DNA of 64,000 bases, from positions 277,923 through 341,922 of the forward strand of contig CBDIBD010000002.1 in assembly GCA_965276655.1 (NCBI GenBank), given 5' to 3'. This document shows, piece after piece, positions 48,401 to 56,332 of the stretch (its first letter is position 1; the number at the start of each line of letters is the position of its first letter). The notes under the pieces were generated by a model that made no database searches, had not been told where the DNA came from, and was given only the letters and a program-made list of their open reading frames with translations. The position numbers and the translations under genes are program-made. The DNA comes from Acetobacteraceae bacterium (GTDB taxonomy: Bacteria; Pseudomonadota; Alphaproteobacteria; Acetobacterales; Acetobacteraceae).

Positions 48401-48446
48401 TCTCTGGCGATCGCGGCGCAACGATGCGGGCGCACTGACCTCATGA
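45417..48446 (+). CDS. cobN: Cobaltochelatase subunit CobN (aerobic pathway)
   Basis: CobN/Mg-chelatase H family blocks: HLGTHGTLEWLPGK, YPFIVNNPGE, NPAWLAGMRRHGYRGASE. At 1009 aa it is short for the family. Confidence 0.9.
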   Translation: MHLLVRERTSLDETSPAEDLGLPPADLVFLSFSDSDLASVGRAPRPPGSSVLAVALARLIHPMSVDLFVERTLPGSGVVVVRLLGGLDYWRYGAEELAAACRRAAVPLAMVAGDRRDDERLASLSTVDAAVLARLDAMLGEGGPANAARAVRLALAIGGRLADDGADADPLPTFGVHDFGVATPSPCVGRAAIVLYRSHLLADDVAPHAALAHALAARGLETRAWFVDSPRNPSSAALLAGALRNYAPRAVLNATAFSARGSAGAPLEAPGVPVLQLVLAGSDRAGWEASSRGLSPQDLAMQVVLPELDGRLLTTAIGCKTELHGVRRSAPLDAGVALAADRAAGWIRLATTVPARRRIAIVLSDYPGASGATHAVGHAVGLDSLASLAAILGWLRHAEYDLGDLPLPSAAGLTKALLASRRRLVRFGRIVVAVQPARGGAYHDPDAPPSRPYAAFHRWLRASADAVVHLGTHGTLEWLPGKAVALSGTCWPVALLRGLPVIYPFIVNNPGEAAVAKRRLGAVTIGHLTPPLVAAGLSGEARAVELLIDEFAACDGMDRRRASMLRADILERAASSGLLAEAGATEDATLDDDRLATLDAYLCDVKELRIADGLHVFGRPPAGRAALLDAVGAAHAPALDASAGCERAALLAALDGRFVEPGPAGAPSRGRADVLPTGRNLTGIDPRSIPTPSAVRLAARTADALLARHLQETGEPLQRLVLDLWGSASLRTGGEDLALALVLMGAEPVWDEAGRLSAVEILPPALLDRPRVDVTLRVSGLFRDAFAGQIALFDQTARRLAGAARIFGPASGCFGAGHDWLAASGFAYGATADGVPAAGALAALTRAADAFVHQQDHHETDLLDGPDHAAHEGGFARAAASLGNAPALYHIDIADAPRVRLVADEIKRVVRGRLANPAWLAGMRRHGYRGASEMARGLEALADFARALPDRFDAQFDLAAAALLNDEENLAFLESANDEALAAIKRTLGAMRDEDLWRSRRNDAGALTS

Positions 48447-49357
48447 CCGTGCGCGGCTGGTGTCCGGGCCTGCACGACCCGATGATGTCCGGCGACGGGC
48501 TGCTCGCGCGGGTCAGACCCAGGTTCGGCCGACTGACGATGGACCAGGCGACCGCGCTCGACGCGCTCTCCAAGTCGTGCGGCAACGGCATCATCGAGAT
48601 CACGTCGCGCGGCAACCTGCAGGTGCGCGGTCTGCATGCGCACGCGCGCTTCGTGGACGGCGTCTGCGACGCCGGCCTCGGCGAGCGCGATCCGGTGCGC
48701 GAGCGAAGGCGAAGCGTGGTGGCGGCGCCGTTCGCCGACGAGGTTCTTGTCGGTTGGCTGGAGCAGGCGCTGATGGAGACCGCGTCACTGGACGGCCTGC
48801 CGCCGAAGTTCACGATCCGCGTCGATGGCGGTCCGGTCTCGATCGCCGACGTGCCGGCCGACGTCGCCGTTTCGCGGGTCGGCGACACGATCCGTGTGTC
48901 ACGCGCGGCGCGGACGCGCGCCCCGCTCACCGGACCGATCGGCCGCGTGCCGGGCATGGACGCGGTCGCGATCGCGCCGAAGTTCGGCCAGTTCGGCGAG
49001 GGGCAACTCGCGGCACTGGCCAGGCGAGCAGGCAGGGACTTGCGGATCACCCCGTTCCGCTCGGTGATCGTGCAGGGAGCAGCGGACGGTTTCGCCGACG
49101 GCCTCGGCCTGATCACGGTTGCGGACGATCCGCGCCTGCGCATCGTCGCCTGTGTGGGCGCCCCCCGGTGCAAGTCCGGATTGGGACCGGCCCGCGACGT
49201 CGCGGAGCAGTATTTGTCGATGTTGCCCGCGTCGGGCGTCCTGCACATCAGCGGCTGCGAGAAGCGCTGTGCTTTCCAGGGAAATGCCCAGCTTATAATC
49301 CCGGGGTCTGGGGCCGCCGGCCCCAGCGGGGTCGAGGGGAGGAGCCCCTCGCCTTGA
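48443..49357 (+). CDS. cobG: Precorrin-3B synthase CobG (short form, 304 aa)
   Basis: MTVRGWCPGLHDPMMSGDGLL start and a sulfite/nitrite-reductase-like Cys cluster (CVGAPRCKSG...HISGCEKRCA). The last ~20 codons run through a repeat element. Confidence 0.8.
   Translation: MTVRGWCPGLHDPMMSGDGLLARVRPRFGRLTMDQATALDALSKSCGNGIIEITSRGNLQVRGLHAHARFVDGVCDAGLGERDPVRERRRSVVAAPFADEVLVGWLEQALMETASLDGLPPKFTIRVDGGPVSIADVPADVAVSRVGDTIRVSRAARTRAPLTGPIGRVPGMDAVAIAPKFGQFGEGQLAALARRAGRDLRITPFRSVIVQGAADGFADGLGLITVADDPRLRIVACVGAPRCKSGLGPARDVAEQYLSMLPASGVLHISGCEKRCAFQGNAQLIIPGSGAAGPSGVEGRSPSP
49296..49351. repeat. GC-rich hairpin repeat (family member d) inside the cobG 3' end
   Basis: ataatcccGGGGTCTGGGGCC-gcc-GGCCCCAG then cgagggg-aggag-cccctcg. 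Same unit as 55561-55592. Confidence 0.6.
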
Positions 49358-49959
49358 CTCGAACCTGGATCCATGACGCCGACGCGATCTACGAACGCTC
49401 CTTCGCGATCATCCGTCGGGAGGCGGACCTCGCAGGCCTCGACCCGGTCGAGGAGCGGTGCGCCGTCCGCATCGTCCACGCGTGCGGCATGATCGACGTG
49501 GTGCACGACCTCCACTTCGCCGGAGGCTTCGCCGCCAGCGCCAGGGCCGCGCTGCAAGCGGGCGCGCCGATTTTGTGCGACAGCCGGATGGTGGCGGAGG
49601 GGATCACCCGCCATCGCCTGCCGGCGGGAAACGAGGTGGTGTGCACGTTGGGGACCGCGCCGGTCGCGGGCACGACCCGTTCGGCGGCCGCACTCGAGGC
49701 ATGGCGGCCGATTCTGGCCGGCAGCGTGGTCGCGATCGGCAACGCGCCGACGGCGTTGTTCCGGCTGCTGGAGATGCTCGACGAGGGCGCGCCGCATCCG
49801 GCGGCGGTGATCGGAATGCCGGTGGGTTTCGTGGGTGCGGCCGAGAGCAAGGAGGCGTTGCTCGAAGCCGGGGTGCCGGCCTGCGTTGTGCGCGGCAGGC
49901 GCGGCGGCAGCGCGATGGCGGTCGCGTGCGTCAATGCGCTGGCGAGCGGCCGCGAGTGA
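49354..49959 (+). CDS. cobH: Precorrin-8X methylmutase
   Basis: The TTG at 49354 overlaps the cobG stop (TTGA), with GAGGGGAGGAG upstream. Motifs IYERSFAIIRREADL, VHACGM and GNAPTAL. Confidence 0.9.
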   Translation: MTRTWIHDADAIYERSFAIIRREADLAGLDPVEERCAVRIVHACGMIDVVHDLHFAGGFAASARAALQAGAPILCDSRMVAEGITRHRLPAGNEVVCTLGTAPVAGTTRSAAALEAWRPILAGSVVAIGNAPTALFRLLEMLDEGAPHPAAVIGMPVGFVGAAESKEALLEAGVPACVVRGRRGGSAMAVACVNALASGRE

Positions 49960-50684
49960 GCGGCGTGCTGCGGATCGTGGGCGTCGGACCGGGCGATCCC
50001 GAACTGGTCACGGTCAAGGCGGCGCGGCTGATCGCGGCGGCGTCCGCGATCGCGTATTTCGCCAAGCGCGGCGGCGCAGGGCACGCGCGCTCGACCGCGG
50101 CGCACTACATGCGGCCAGGGGCCGAGGAGTTGCGCCTCGAATACCCGTTCACGACGGAGGTCGCGGTCGCCGACCCGGCCTACCGGCGCGGCATCGACGA
50201 TTTTCACGACACGGTGGCCGCCGGATTAGCCGCGCGACTGTCGGCGGCCGGCGAGATCGTGCTGCTGTGCGAGGGCGATCCGTTCTTCTTCGGCTCGTCG
50301 ATGCATCTGTTCGACCGATTGTCCCCGCGTTTCCCGGTCGAGGTGGTGCCGGGGATCAGTGCCATGAGCGGGGCGTGGAGCCAGGCGGCGCTGCCGATCG
50401 CGCATGGCGACGACGTGCTGTCGGTGCTGCCGGGCACCCTCGACGAGGCCTCGCTCGGAGCGCGGCTCGCGTCGAGCGACGCCGCGGTGGTGATGAAGGT
50501 GGGCCGGAACTTGCCGCGGATCCGCGCGGCGCTGACGGCGGCCGGCAAGCTGGATCGCGCGCTCTATGTCGAACGGGCGACGCAGGCGGGGACGGTGTCG
50601 GTGCCGCTCGCCGCGCGCGACGTGTCGCTCGCGGCACCCTATTTCTCGATCGTGCTGGTGCCCGGCCGCGAGCGGGCGCGGTGA
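49956..50684 (+). CDS. cobI: Precorrin-2 C20-methyltransferase
   Basis: GTGA overlap with cobH. LRIVGVGPGDPELVTVKA tetrapyrrole methylase N-terminus. Confidence 0.9.
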   Translation: MSGVLRIVGVGPGDPELVTVKAARLIAAASAIAYFAKRGGAGHARSTAAHYMRPGAEELRLEYPFTTEVAVADPAYRRGIDDFHDTVAAGLAARLSAAGEIVLLCEGDPFFFGSSMHLFDRLSPRFPVEVVPGISAMSGAWSQAALPIAHGDDVLSVLPGTLDEASLGARLASSDAAVVMKVGRNLPRIRAALTAAGKLDRALYVERATQAGTVSVPLAARDVSLAAPYFSIVLVPGRERAR

Positions 50685-51433
50685 CCGGTTCGCTGCACGT
50701 GGTCGGATTGGGACCGAGCGGGCCCGAACACAGGACGCCGGCGGCCGAGGCGGCGCTGGCCGGCGCGGAGATGCTGCTGGGCTACGGGACCTATCTCGAC
50801 CGGGTGGTTCCGCGGCCCGGACAGACGGTGCTGGCCACCGACAACCGCGAGGAGCTCGATCGCGCGCGGCATGCCCTCGACTACGCCGCCGCCGGCCGCC
50901 ATGTCGCGATGGTGTCGGGCGGCGATCCCGGCGTGTTCGCGATGGGCTCGGCGGTGATGGAAGCGATCGAGCACGGGCCGCCGGCCTGGCGTTCCATCTC
51001 GGTCGAGATCGTGCCCGGGGTGACGGCGATGCTGGCCGCCGCAAGCAGGCTCGGCGCCCCGCTCGGCCATGATTTCTGCGCGATGTCGCTGTCGGACAAT
51101 CTCAAACCCTGGAGCGTCGTGCTGGCGCGTCTGCGTGCGGCGGCGTCGGCGGGGTTCTCGATCGCCCTCTACAATCCCTCGTCGAAGGCCAGGCCTTGGC
51201 AGCTAGGAGAGGCGCTAGCGGCCTTGCGCGAGGTGCTGCCGGGCTCGGTGCCGGTGGCATTCGTCACTGCGGCACTGCGCGCGGACGAGCATGTGGTGCT
51301 CACCACGCTCGCCCGCGCCGATCCCGTGCGTGCGGACATGCGCACGCTGGTGGTGATCGGAACCGAAACCTCCCGAATCGTGGAGCGGCCGGGTCTGACG
51401 CCGCTGTTCTATGCGCCGCGGTCGGCCTCGTGA
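50681..51433 (+). CDS. cobJ: Precorrin-3B C17-methyltransferase
   Basis: GTGA overlap with cobI. Motifs LHVVGLGPSGPEHRT and VSGGDPGVFAM. Confidence 0.9.
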   Translation: MTGSLHVVGLGPSGPEHRTPAAEAALAGAEMLLGYGTYLDRVVPRPGQTVLATDNREELDRARHALDYAAAGRHVAMVSGGDPGVFAMGSAVMEAIEHGPPAWRSISVEIVPGVTAMLAAASRLGAPLGHDFCAMSLSDNLKPWSVVLARLRAAASAGFSIALYNPSSKARPWQLGEALAALREVLPGSVPVAFVTAALRADEHVVLTTLARADPVRADMRTLVVIGTETSRIVERPGLTPLFYAPRSAS

Positions 51434-52236
51434 CCGGTCTTGAGCCATTCGAAGGCGGCGGCCGCATCGGTCGCGAGCGAACATTCCGGCTCGGCCGGGC
51501 GCGCCACCATCACGACCGGCAACCCGAGCGCGCGCGCGGCGTCGAGCTTGGGGCGGGTCGCATCACCGCCGGCGTTCTTGGTCACCACGATCTCGATGCG
51601 ATGCTGCCGCAGCAGGTCGCATTCGTCCTCGAACCGGTACGGGCCGCGCGCCAGGATCGTGCCCGCGCCGGGCAGCAGCCCCGGCGGCGGCGGATCGATG
51701 CTGCGCGCGAGGTAGGAATGCTGAGGACAAGCGCGAAACGGAGCGAGGTCGCCGCGGCCGACGGTCAGGAACACGCGCCGGCCGGCCGGCCCGAGCAGGA
51801 GGGCGGCGGACCTCATGTCGGGTGCGTGGCGCCAGTCATCGCCGGGGCCGGCGATCCATTCGGGACGGCGCAGGCGAAGCAACCCGATCCCCGCCCGTTG
51901 CGCGGCATGACGGGCATTCCCGGTGATGCGGGCCGCGAACGGATGGGTCGCATCCACGAGGCGGTCGATCGCATGATCGGCGAGATAGGCGGCGAGCCCG
52001 GCCGCCCCGCCGAAGCCGCCGATCCGGCGCGGGATCGGCGAGGGCGCCGGCCGCGCGGTGACGCCGGCCAACGACAGCGTGGCCGCGACGCCACCGTCCG
52101 CCGCGAGCAGGGCCGCCAGCGACGCGGCTTCGGTGGTGCCGCCGAGGATCAGGACACGCAGCAGGGCCGGCCTCCATGACGCGCTGGCTCGCGATCGTGG
52201 GGATCGGCGAGGACGGTGTCGAGGCGCTCGCCGCAT
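51409..52236 (-). CDS. cobK: Precorrin-6A reductase; start uncertain
   Basis: The conserved N-terminus RVLILGGTTEA begins near 52158. The nearest in-frame candidates are CTG 52164/52161 or ATG 52236, which would add 26 Arg-rich residues. Confidence 0.85.
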   Translation of the reverse strand: MRRAPRHRPRRSPRSRASASWRPALLRVLILGGTTEAASLAALLAADGGVAATLSLAGVTARPAPSPIPRRIGGFGGAAGLAAYLADHAIDRLVDATHPFAARITGNARHAAQRAGIGLLRLRRPEWIAGPGDDWRHAPDMRSAALLLGPAGRRVFLTVGRGDLAPFRACPQHSYLARSIDPPPPGLLPGAGTILARGPYRFEDECDLLRQHRIEIVVTKNAGGDATRPKLDAARALGLPVVMVARPAEPECSLATDAAAAFEWLKTGHEADRGA

Positions 52237-53372
52237 CCGCCCGCGCGTTGATCGAGGGCGCGTCGCTCGTCGTCGGCGGCGCGCGCCACCTGAAGCTGGC
52301 GTCGTCCCTGATCCGCGGCGAGGTGCTGGTGTGGCGGCGGCCGATCGAGGCGACGCTCGCCGACATCCTGGCCCGCCGCTTCACGCCTGTCGTGGTGCTC
52401 GCCTCGGGCGATCCGTTCTCGTTCGGCGCCGGATCCCTCCTTGCCGCACACGTCGCGGCCGACGAGCGGGTCACCCTGCCCGCGCCCTCGGCACTGTCGC
52501 TGGCGGCGGCCGAGCTCGGCTGGGCGTTGCAGGACGCGGCCATCGTGTCGTTGTGCGGCCGCCCGCTCGCCACGCTGCTGCCGGCCTTGCAGCCGGGCGC
52601 GCATGTCATGGCGCTGTCGGAGGACGCAACGACGCCGGCGCGGATCGGCGCCCTCCTCGTCGAGCGCGGCGGTGGCGGCTCGATGATGCATGTGCTGGAG
52701 GCTTTGGGCGGCCCGCGCGCCCGCCATCGCCGGGCCCGTGCCCGCGAGTTCGCGCTGATGGGGATCGATCCGCTCAACATCGTGGCGATCGCGGTCGACC
52801 CCGACATCGCGGCGATCCCGATCGCGCCGGGGCTCGACGACGCGTTCTTCGACAGCGACGGTCAGCTCACGCGCCACGAGCTGCGCGCCTCGGCGATTGC
52901 CGCCCTGTCGCCGCACCCCGGCCAGCTGCTGTGGGACGTGGGCGCCGGCGCCGGATCGATCGCCATCGAGTGGCTGCTCCGCGCGCCGTCGATGCGCGCC
53001 GTCGCGTTCGAGCGCCGCGCGGACCGGGCGGCACGCATCGTGCGGAACGCGTCGTCCCTCGGCGTGCCGTCGCTCGGCATCGTCCAGGGCGAGGCGCCCG
53101 GATCGTTCGAGACCGTGGACGGCGAGCCCGACGCGGTGTTCGTCGGCGGCGGCGTCGCCGCGCTGGACGCGGCGTTCGCGCGCCTGCGTCCGGGCGGCCG
53201 CATGGTCGCCCATTCGGTGACGTTGGAGACCGACACCGCCCTGTTCGCGGCCGAGTCGCGATACGGTGGGACCCTGACCCGGTTCGGGATCGAGAGGCTC
53301 GACATGGTGGGCGAATTCCGCGCCTTCCGCCCGTCGATGACGGTGACGCAATGGAGCACGACCAGGCCGTGA
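52176..53372 (+). CDS. cobL: Precorrin-6Y C5,15-methyltransferase (decarboxylating)
   Basis: Two-domain CbiE/CbiT-type methylase. Motifs [19 protein letters not shown] and [14 protein letters not shown]. Confidence 0.9.
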   Translation: MTRWLAIVGIGEDGVEALAASARALIEGASLVVGGARHLKLASSLIRGEVLVWRRPIEATLADILARRFTPVVVLASGDPFSFGAGSLLAAHVAADERVTLPAPSALSLAAAELGWALQDAAIVSLCGRPLATLLPALQPGAHVMALSEDATTPARIGALLVERGGGGSMMHVLEALGGPRARHRRARAREFALMGIDPLNIVAIAVDPDIAAIPIAPGLDDAFFDSDGQLTRHELRASAIAALSPHPGQLLWDVGAGAGSIAIEWLLRAPSMRAVAFERRADRAARIVRNASSLGVPSLGIVQGEAPGSFETVDGEPDAVFVGGGVAALDAAFARLRPGGRMVAHSVTLETDTALFAAESRYGGTLTRFGIERLDMVGEFRAFRPSMTVTQWSTTRP

Positions 53373-53716
53373 CGCTCGTCGTGGGCGTCGGCTGCTCGAC
53401 CGGTGCGAACGCGCTCGAGATCGCGCGCCTCGTCGGCGCCTGCCTCGACGGACGCGCGGCGTCGATGATCGCCGTGCCGGCATCGCGCGCGTCGCTCGCC
53501 TCGATCATCGAGGCGGCATGCCTGCTCGGCCTTCCCGTCCGGGCGATCCCGGACGCCGCGATCGAGGCGGTGCAAGGTCGCTGCCTGACCAGGCCGTGCC
53601 GCGCCGCGCGCGCGGTCGCCGAGGGCGCCGCACTGGCTGCGGCCGGTGGTGCCGGAATCCTGCTCGGGCCGCGCGTCAAGGCGGCGCGCGTGACATGCGC
53701 GATCGCCCGCCCGTGA
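53369..53716 (+). CDS. cobE: CobE / CbiG C-terminal-domain protein
   Basis: The GTG at 53369 overlaps the cobL stop (GTGA). An alternative ATG is at 53351. [12 protein letters not shown] start, about 115 aa. Position between cobL and cobM as in other cob clusters. Confidence 0.6.
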   Translation: MTLVVGVGCSTGANALEIARLVGACLDGRAASMIAVPASRASLASIIEAACLLGLPVRAIPDAAIEAVQGRCLTRPCRAARAVAEGAALAAAGGAGILLGPRVKAARVTCAIARP

Positions 53717-54468
53717 CGGTCCATTTCATCGGCGCCGGCCCGGGTGCGGCCGACCTCATCACGCTGCGCGGCCGCGACCTCCTCGCCTCCTGCCCGGTCT
53801 GCCTCCATGCGGGCTCCACCGTCTCGTGCGCCCTGCTCGAACATTGCGGGCCCGGCACCCGGCTGATCGACACCGCGCCGCTGTCGCTCGATACGATCGA
53901 GACTCTCTGCGTCGAGGCCGACGCGGGCGGCCTCGACGTGGCCCGGCTGCATTCCGGCGACCTCGCGGTCTATTCGGCGGTGGGCGAGCAGATGGCGCGG
54001 CTGGCCGCGCGCGGCATCCCGGTCACGATCACGCCCGGCGTCTCCGCCCTCGGCGCCGCGTCCGCCGCGATCGAGCGTGAACTCACGCGCCCCGGCCAGA
54101 CCCAGAGCGTCGTGCTGACGCGCCTGTCCGGACGCGCCACCCCGGTGCCCGAGACCGAGCGGCTCGAACTGTTCGCGGCCACCGGCGCGACGCTCGCGAT
54201 CCACCTGTCGGTGCACCGTCTGGCCGAGATCGTCGCGCGCCTCTTGCCGGTGCTGGGTGCCGACTGCCCCGTCGCGGTGGTGGAGCGGGCAAGCTGGCCC
54301 GAGGAGCGCGTCTGGCGCGCGCGCCTCGACACGATCGAGTTGGCGGTCGGCGCCGACGCTCCGCCGCGCATGGCGCTCGTGCTGGTCGGCCGCGGCCTCG
54401 ACGACAGCGTCGTGCGCGAGAGCGCCCTCTACGATCCCGCCCACCACCGCCGGTTCAGACCGCAATGA
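53713..54468 (+). CDS. cobM: Precorrin-4 C11-methyltransferase
   Basis: The GTG at 53713 overlaps the cobE stop (GTGA) and gives (M)[19 protein letters not shown]. An alternative ATG is at 53695. Confidence 0.9.
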   Translation: MTVHFIGAGPGAADLITLRGRDLLASCPVCLHAGSTVSCALLEHCGPGTRLIDTAPLSLDTIETLCVEADAGGLDVARLHSGDLAVYSAVGEQMARLAARGIPVTITPGVSALGAASAAIERELTRPGQTQSVVLTRLSGRATPVPETERLELFAATGATLAIHLSVHRLAEIVARLLPVLGADCPVAVVERASWPEERVWRARLDTIELAVGADAPPRMALVLVGRGLDDSVVRESALYDPAHHRRFRPQ

Positions 54469-55495
54469 AGCCGGTCGTTGCGCGCAGCCGGCCGGTGCGG
54501 TCGAACAGCACCACCTCGAGCGCGCTCCCGGTGCGGGCGAGCAGCGGTGCCGCCGTGCGCCAGGCGGCCTCGGCCACATGCGCCGCCAGATCGACGCCAT
54601 GCGCCTCGGCGCGCTCGAACGCCTCGGCGCCGTTGTTGACGGTCGCGAGCGCATCGAGCCCGGCCATCCTTGCCAGTGCCGCCAGGTCGAGCGCGCCGCG
54701 CTTGGAATGCAGATCGAGCCGCCCTTGCGCGAGCTTGGTCATCTTGGCGAGCCCGCCCGCGAGGCTCACCCGCGCCACCGGACGGCGCGCCAGGTACTTG
54801 AGTGTCGCGCCGGCGAAGTCCCCCATCTCGATCAGCGCGTGCTCCGGCAGCCCGTGCAGCGCCCGGACCGCGTCCTCGCTGGTGCTGCCGGTGCTGGCGG
54901 CGACATGATCCAGCCCGGTCGCGCGCGCGACATCGATCCCCCGATGAATCGTGTCGATCCAGGCGGCGCACGAGAACGGGATCACGATGCCGGTCGTCCC
55001 CAGGATCGACAGGCCGCCCACGATGCCGAGCCGGCCGTTGAGCGTCCTTGCCGCCAGCGCCGCGCCGCCCGGGACCGAGATCTCGACGATCGCGTCGGCG
55101 ATGCCGCGCTCCCGCAAGGCGTCCACGATCATCTTGCGCGGCGTCGGATTGATCGCGGGCTCGCCCGGCGGCAGCGGCAGGCCGGGCCGCGTGATCGTCC
55201 CCACGCCTTCGCCCGCTCGGAAGACGATCCCGCCCGTCGGAGCCCGCACCAGGCTCACCCGGATCAGGGCGCCATGCGTGACGTCCGGATCGTCGCCGGC
55301 GTCCTTGACGATGGCCGCCTTGGCGACCGATCCAGCCAGCGCGAACTCGGCGAGCGCGAACGCGGCCGTCCCGCCGCGCGGCAGCGCGATCTCCACCGGG
55401 TCGGGGAAGACGCCATTCGTGAGCGCCGAGGCACAGGCCGCCGCCGCCGCGGTGGCGCAGGCGCCCGTCGTCCAGCCGCGTCTCAGATCCGCCAT
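54455..55495 (-). CDS. cbiD: CbiD-family precorrin-5B C1-methyltransferase homologue
   Basis: ATG at 55495. [18 protein letters not shown] start and [18 protein letters not shown] motif. The 3' end overlaps the cobM 3' end by 14 nt (convergent genes). Confidence 0.85.
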   Translation of the reverse strand: MADLRRGWTTGACATAAAAACASALTNGVFPDPVEIALPRGGTAAFALAEFALAGSVAKAAIVKDAGDDPDVTHGALIRVSLVRAPTGGIVFRAGEGVGTITRPGLPLPPGEPAINPTPRKMIVDALRERGIADAIVEISVPGGAALAARTLNGRLGIVGGLSILGTTGIVIPFSCAAWIDTIHRGIDVARATGLDHVAASTGSTSEDAVRALHGLPEHALIEMGDFAGATLKYLARRPVARVSLAGGLAKMTKLAQGRLDLHSKRGALDLAALARMAGLDALATVNNGAEAFERAEAHGVDLAAHVAEAAWRTAAPLLARTGSALEVVLFDRTGRLRATTGFIAV

Positions 55496-55508
55496 CGCAC
55501 CACCATAC

Positions 55509-55592
55509 CAGGGTTCCGCCCTGGACCCGCCAAAGGCTAGCCTTTGGAAACCATCAATAAGATCATTGGGGTCTGGGGCCCGTCGGCCCCAG
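55509..55592. repeat. Composite GC-rich triple-hairpin repeat (family member e)
   Basis: ccaggg-ttcc-gccctgg / ACCCGCC / aaaggc-ta-gcctttgg / aaaccatc...GGGGTCTGGGGCC-cgtc-GGCCCCAG. It combines the modules seen at 38666 and 49296. Confidence 0.65.
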
Positions 55593-56332
55593 TCTTTCTT
55601 CCTGGTCACGTCTGGCTCGCGGGAGCAGGGCCCGGCGATGTCGGGCACCTGACGCTGCATGCCGTCTCCGCGCTGCGGCAGGCCGACCATGTCGTCTACG
55701 ATGCGCTCGTCGATCCCGGCATCCTCGCACTCGCGCCCCCTGATGCCGTCCGGGAGTTCGCCGGCAAACGGGGCGGGCGCCCGTCGCCGACGCAGGACGA
55801 CATCACCGCGCGCCTGATCGAACTCGCGCGCACCGGCGTGCGCGTGCTGCGGCTCAAGGGCGGCGACCCGTTCGTGTTCGGCCGCGGCGGCGAGGAGGCG
55901 CTCGCACTGCGCGCCGCCGGCATCCCGTTCCGCATCATCCCCGGCCTGACCGCCGGCCTCGCCGGGCTCGCCTCCGCCTTCATCCCCGCCACCATGCGCG
56001 GCATCAACCGCGCCGTCGTGCTGGCAACCGGCCAGACCGCCGAAGGACCCGATATGGTCGACTGGGAGGCCGTCGCACGGCTCCGCCAGCCGGTCGTGCT
56101 CTACATGGCGGTCCGCACCATCGGCGGCATCGCCGGCCGCCTGATCGCCGGCGGCATGCCGGCCGATACGCCGGCCGCCGTGGTCTCGGAGGCCACCACC
56201 GCGCGCCAGATCGTCCTCGTCACCACGCTGTCCGGGCTCGCCGGCGAGATCGCGCGTGCCGGTCTCGCCACGCCCGCGATGATCGTGATCGGCGACATCG
56301 TGCGCATGCGCGACATCCTGGCGGGCCCATGA
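55544..56332 (+). CDS. cobA: Uroporphyrinogen-III C-methyltransferase; start uncertain
   Basis: VWLAGAGPGDVGHLTL, GGDPFVFGRGGEE. The only canonical in-frame start is the TTG at 55544, which lies inside the hairpin repeat. Confidence 0.85.
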   Translation: METINKIIGVWGPSAPVFLPGHVWLAGAGPGDVGHLTLHAVSALRQADHVVYDALVDPGILALAPPDAVREFAGKRGGRPSPTQDDITARLIELARTGVRVLRLKGGDPFVFGRGGEEALALRAAGIPFRIIPGLTAGLAGLASAFIPATMRGINRAVVLATGQTAEGPDMVDWEAVARLRQPVVLYMAVRTIGGIAGRLIAGGMPADTPAAVVSEATTARQIVLVTTLSGLAGEIARAGLATPAMIVIGDIVRMRDILAGP

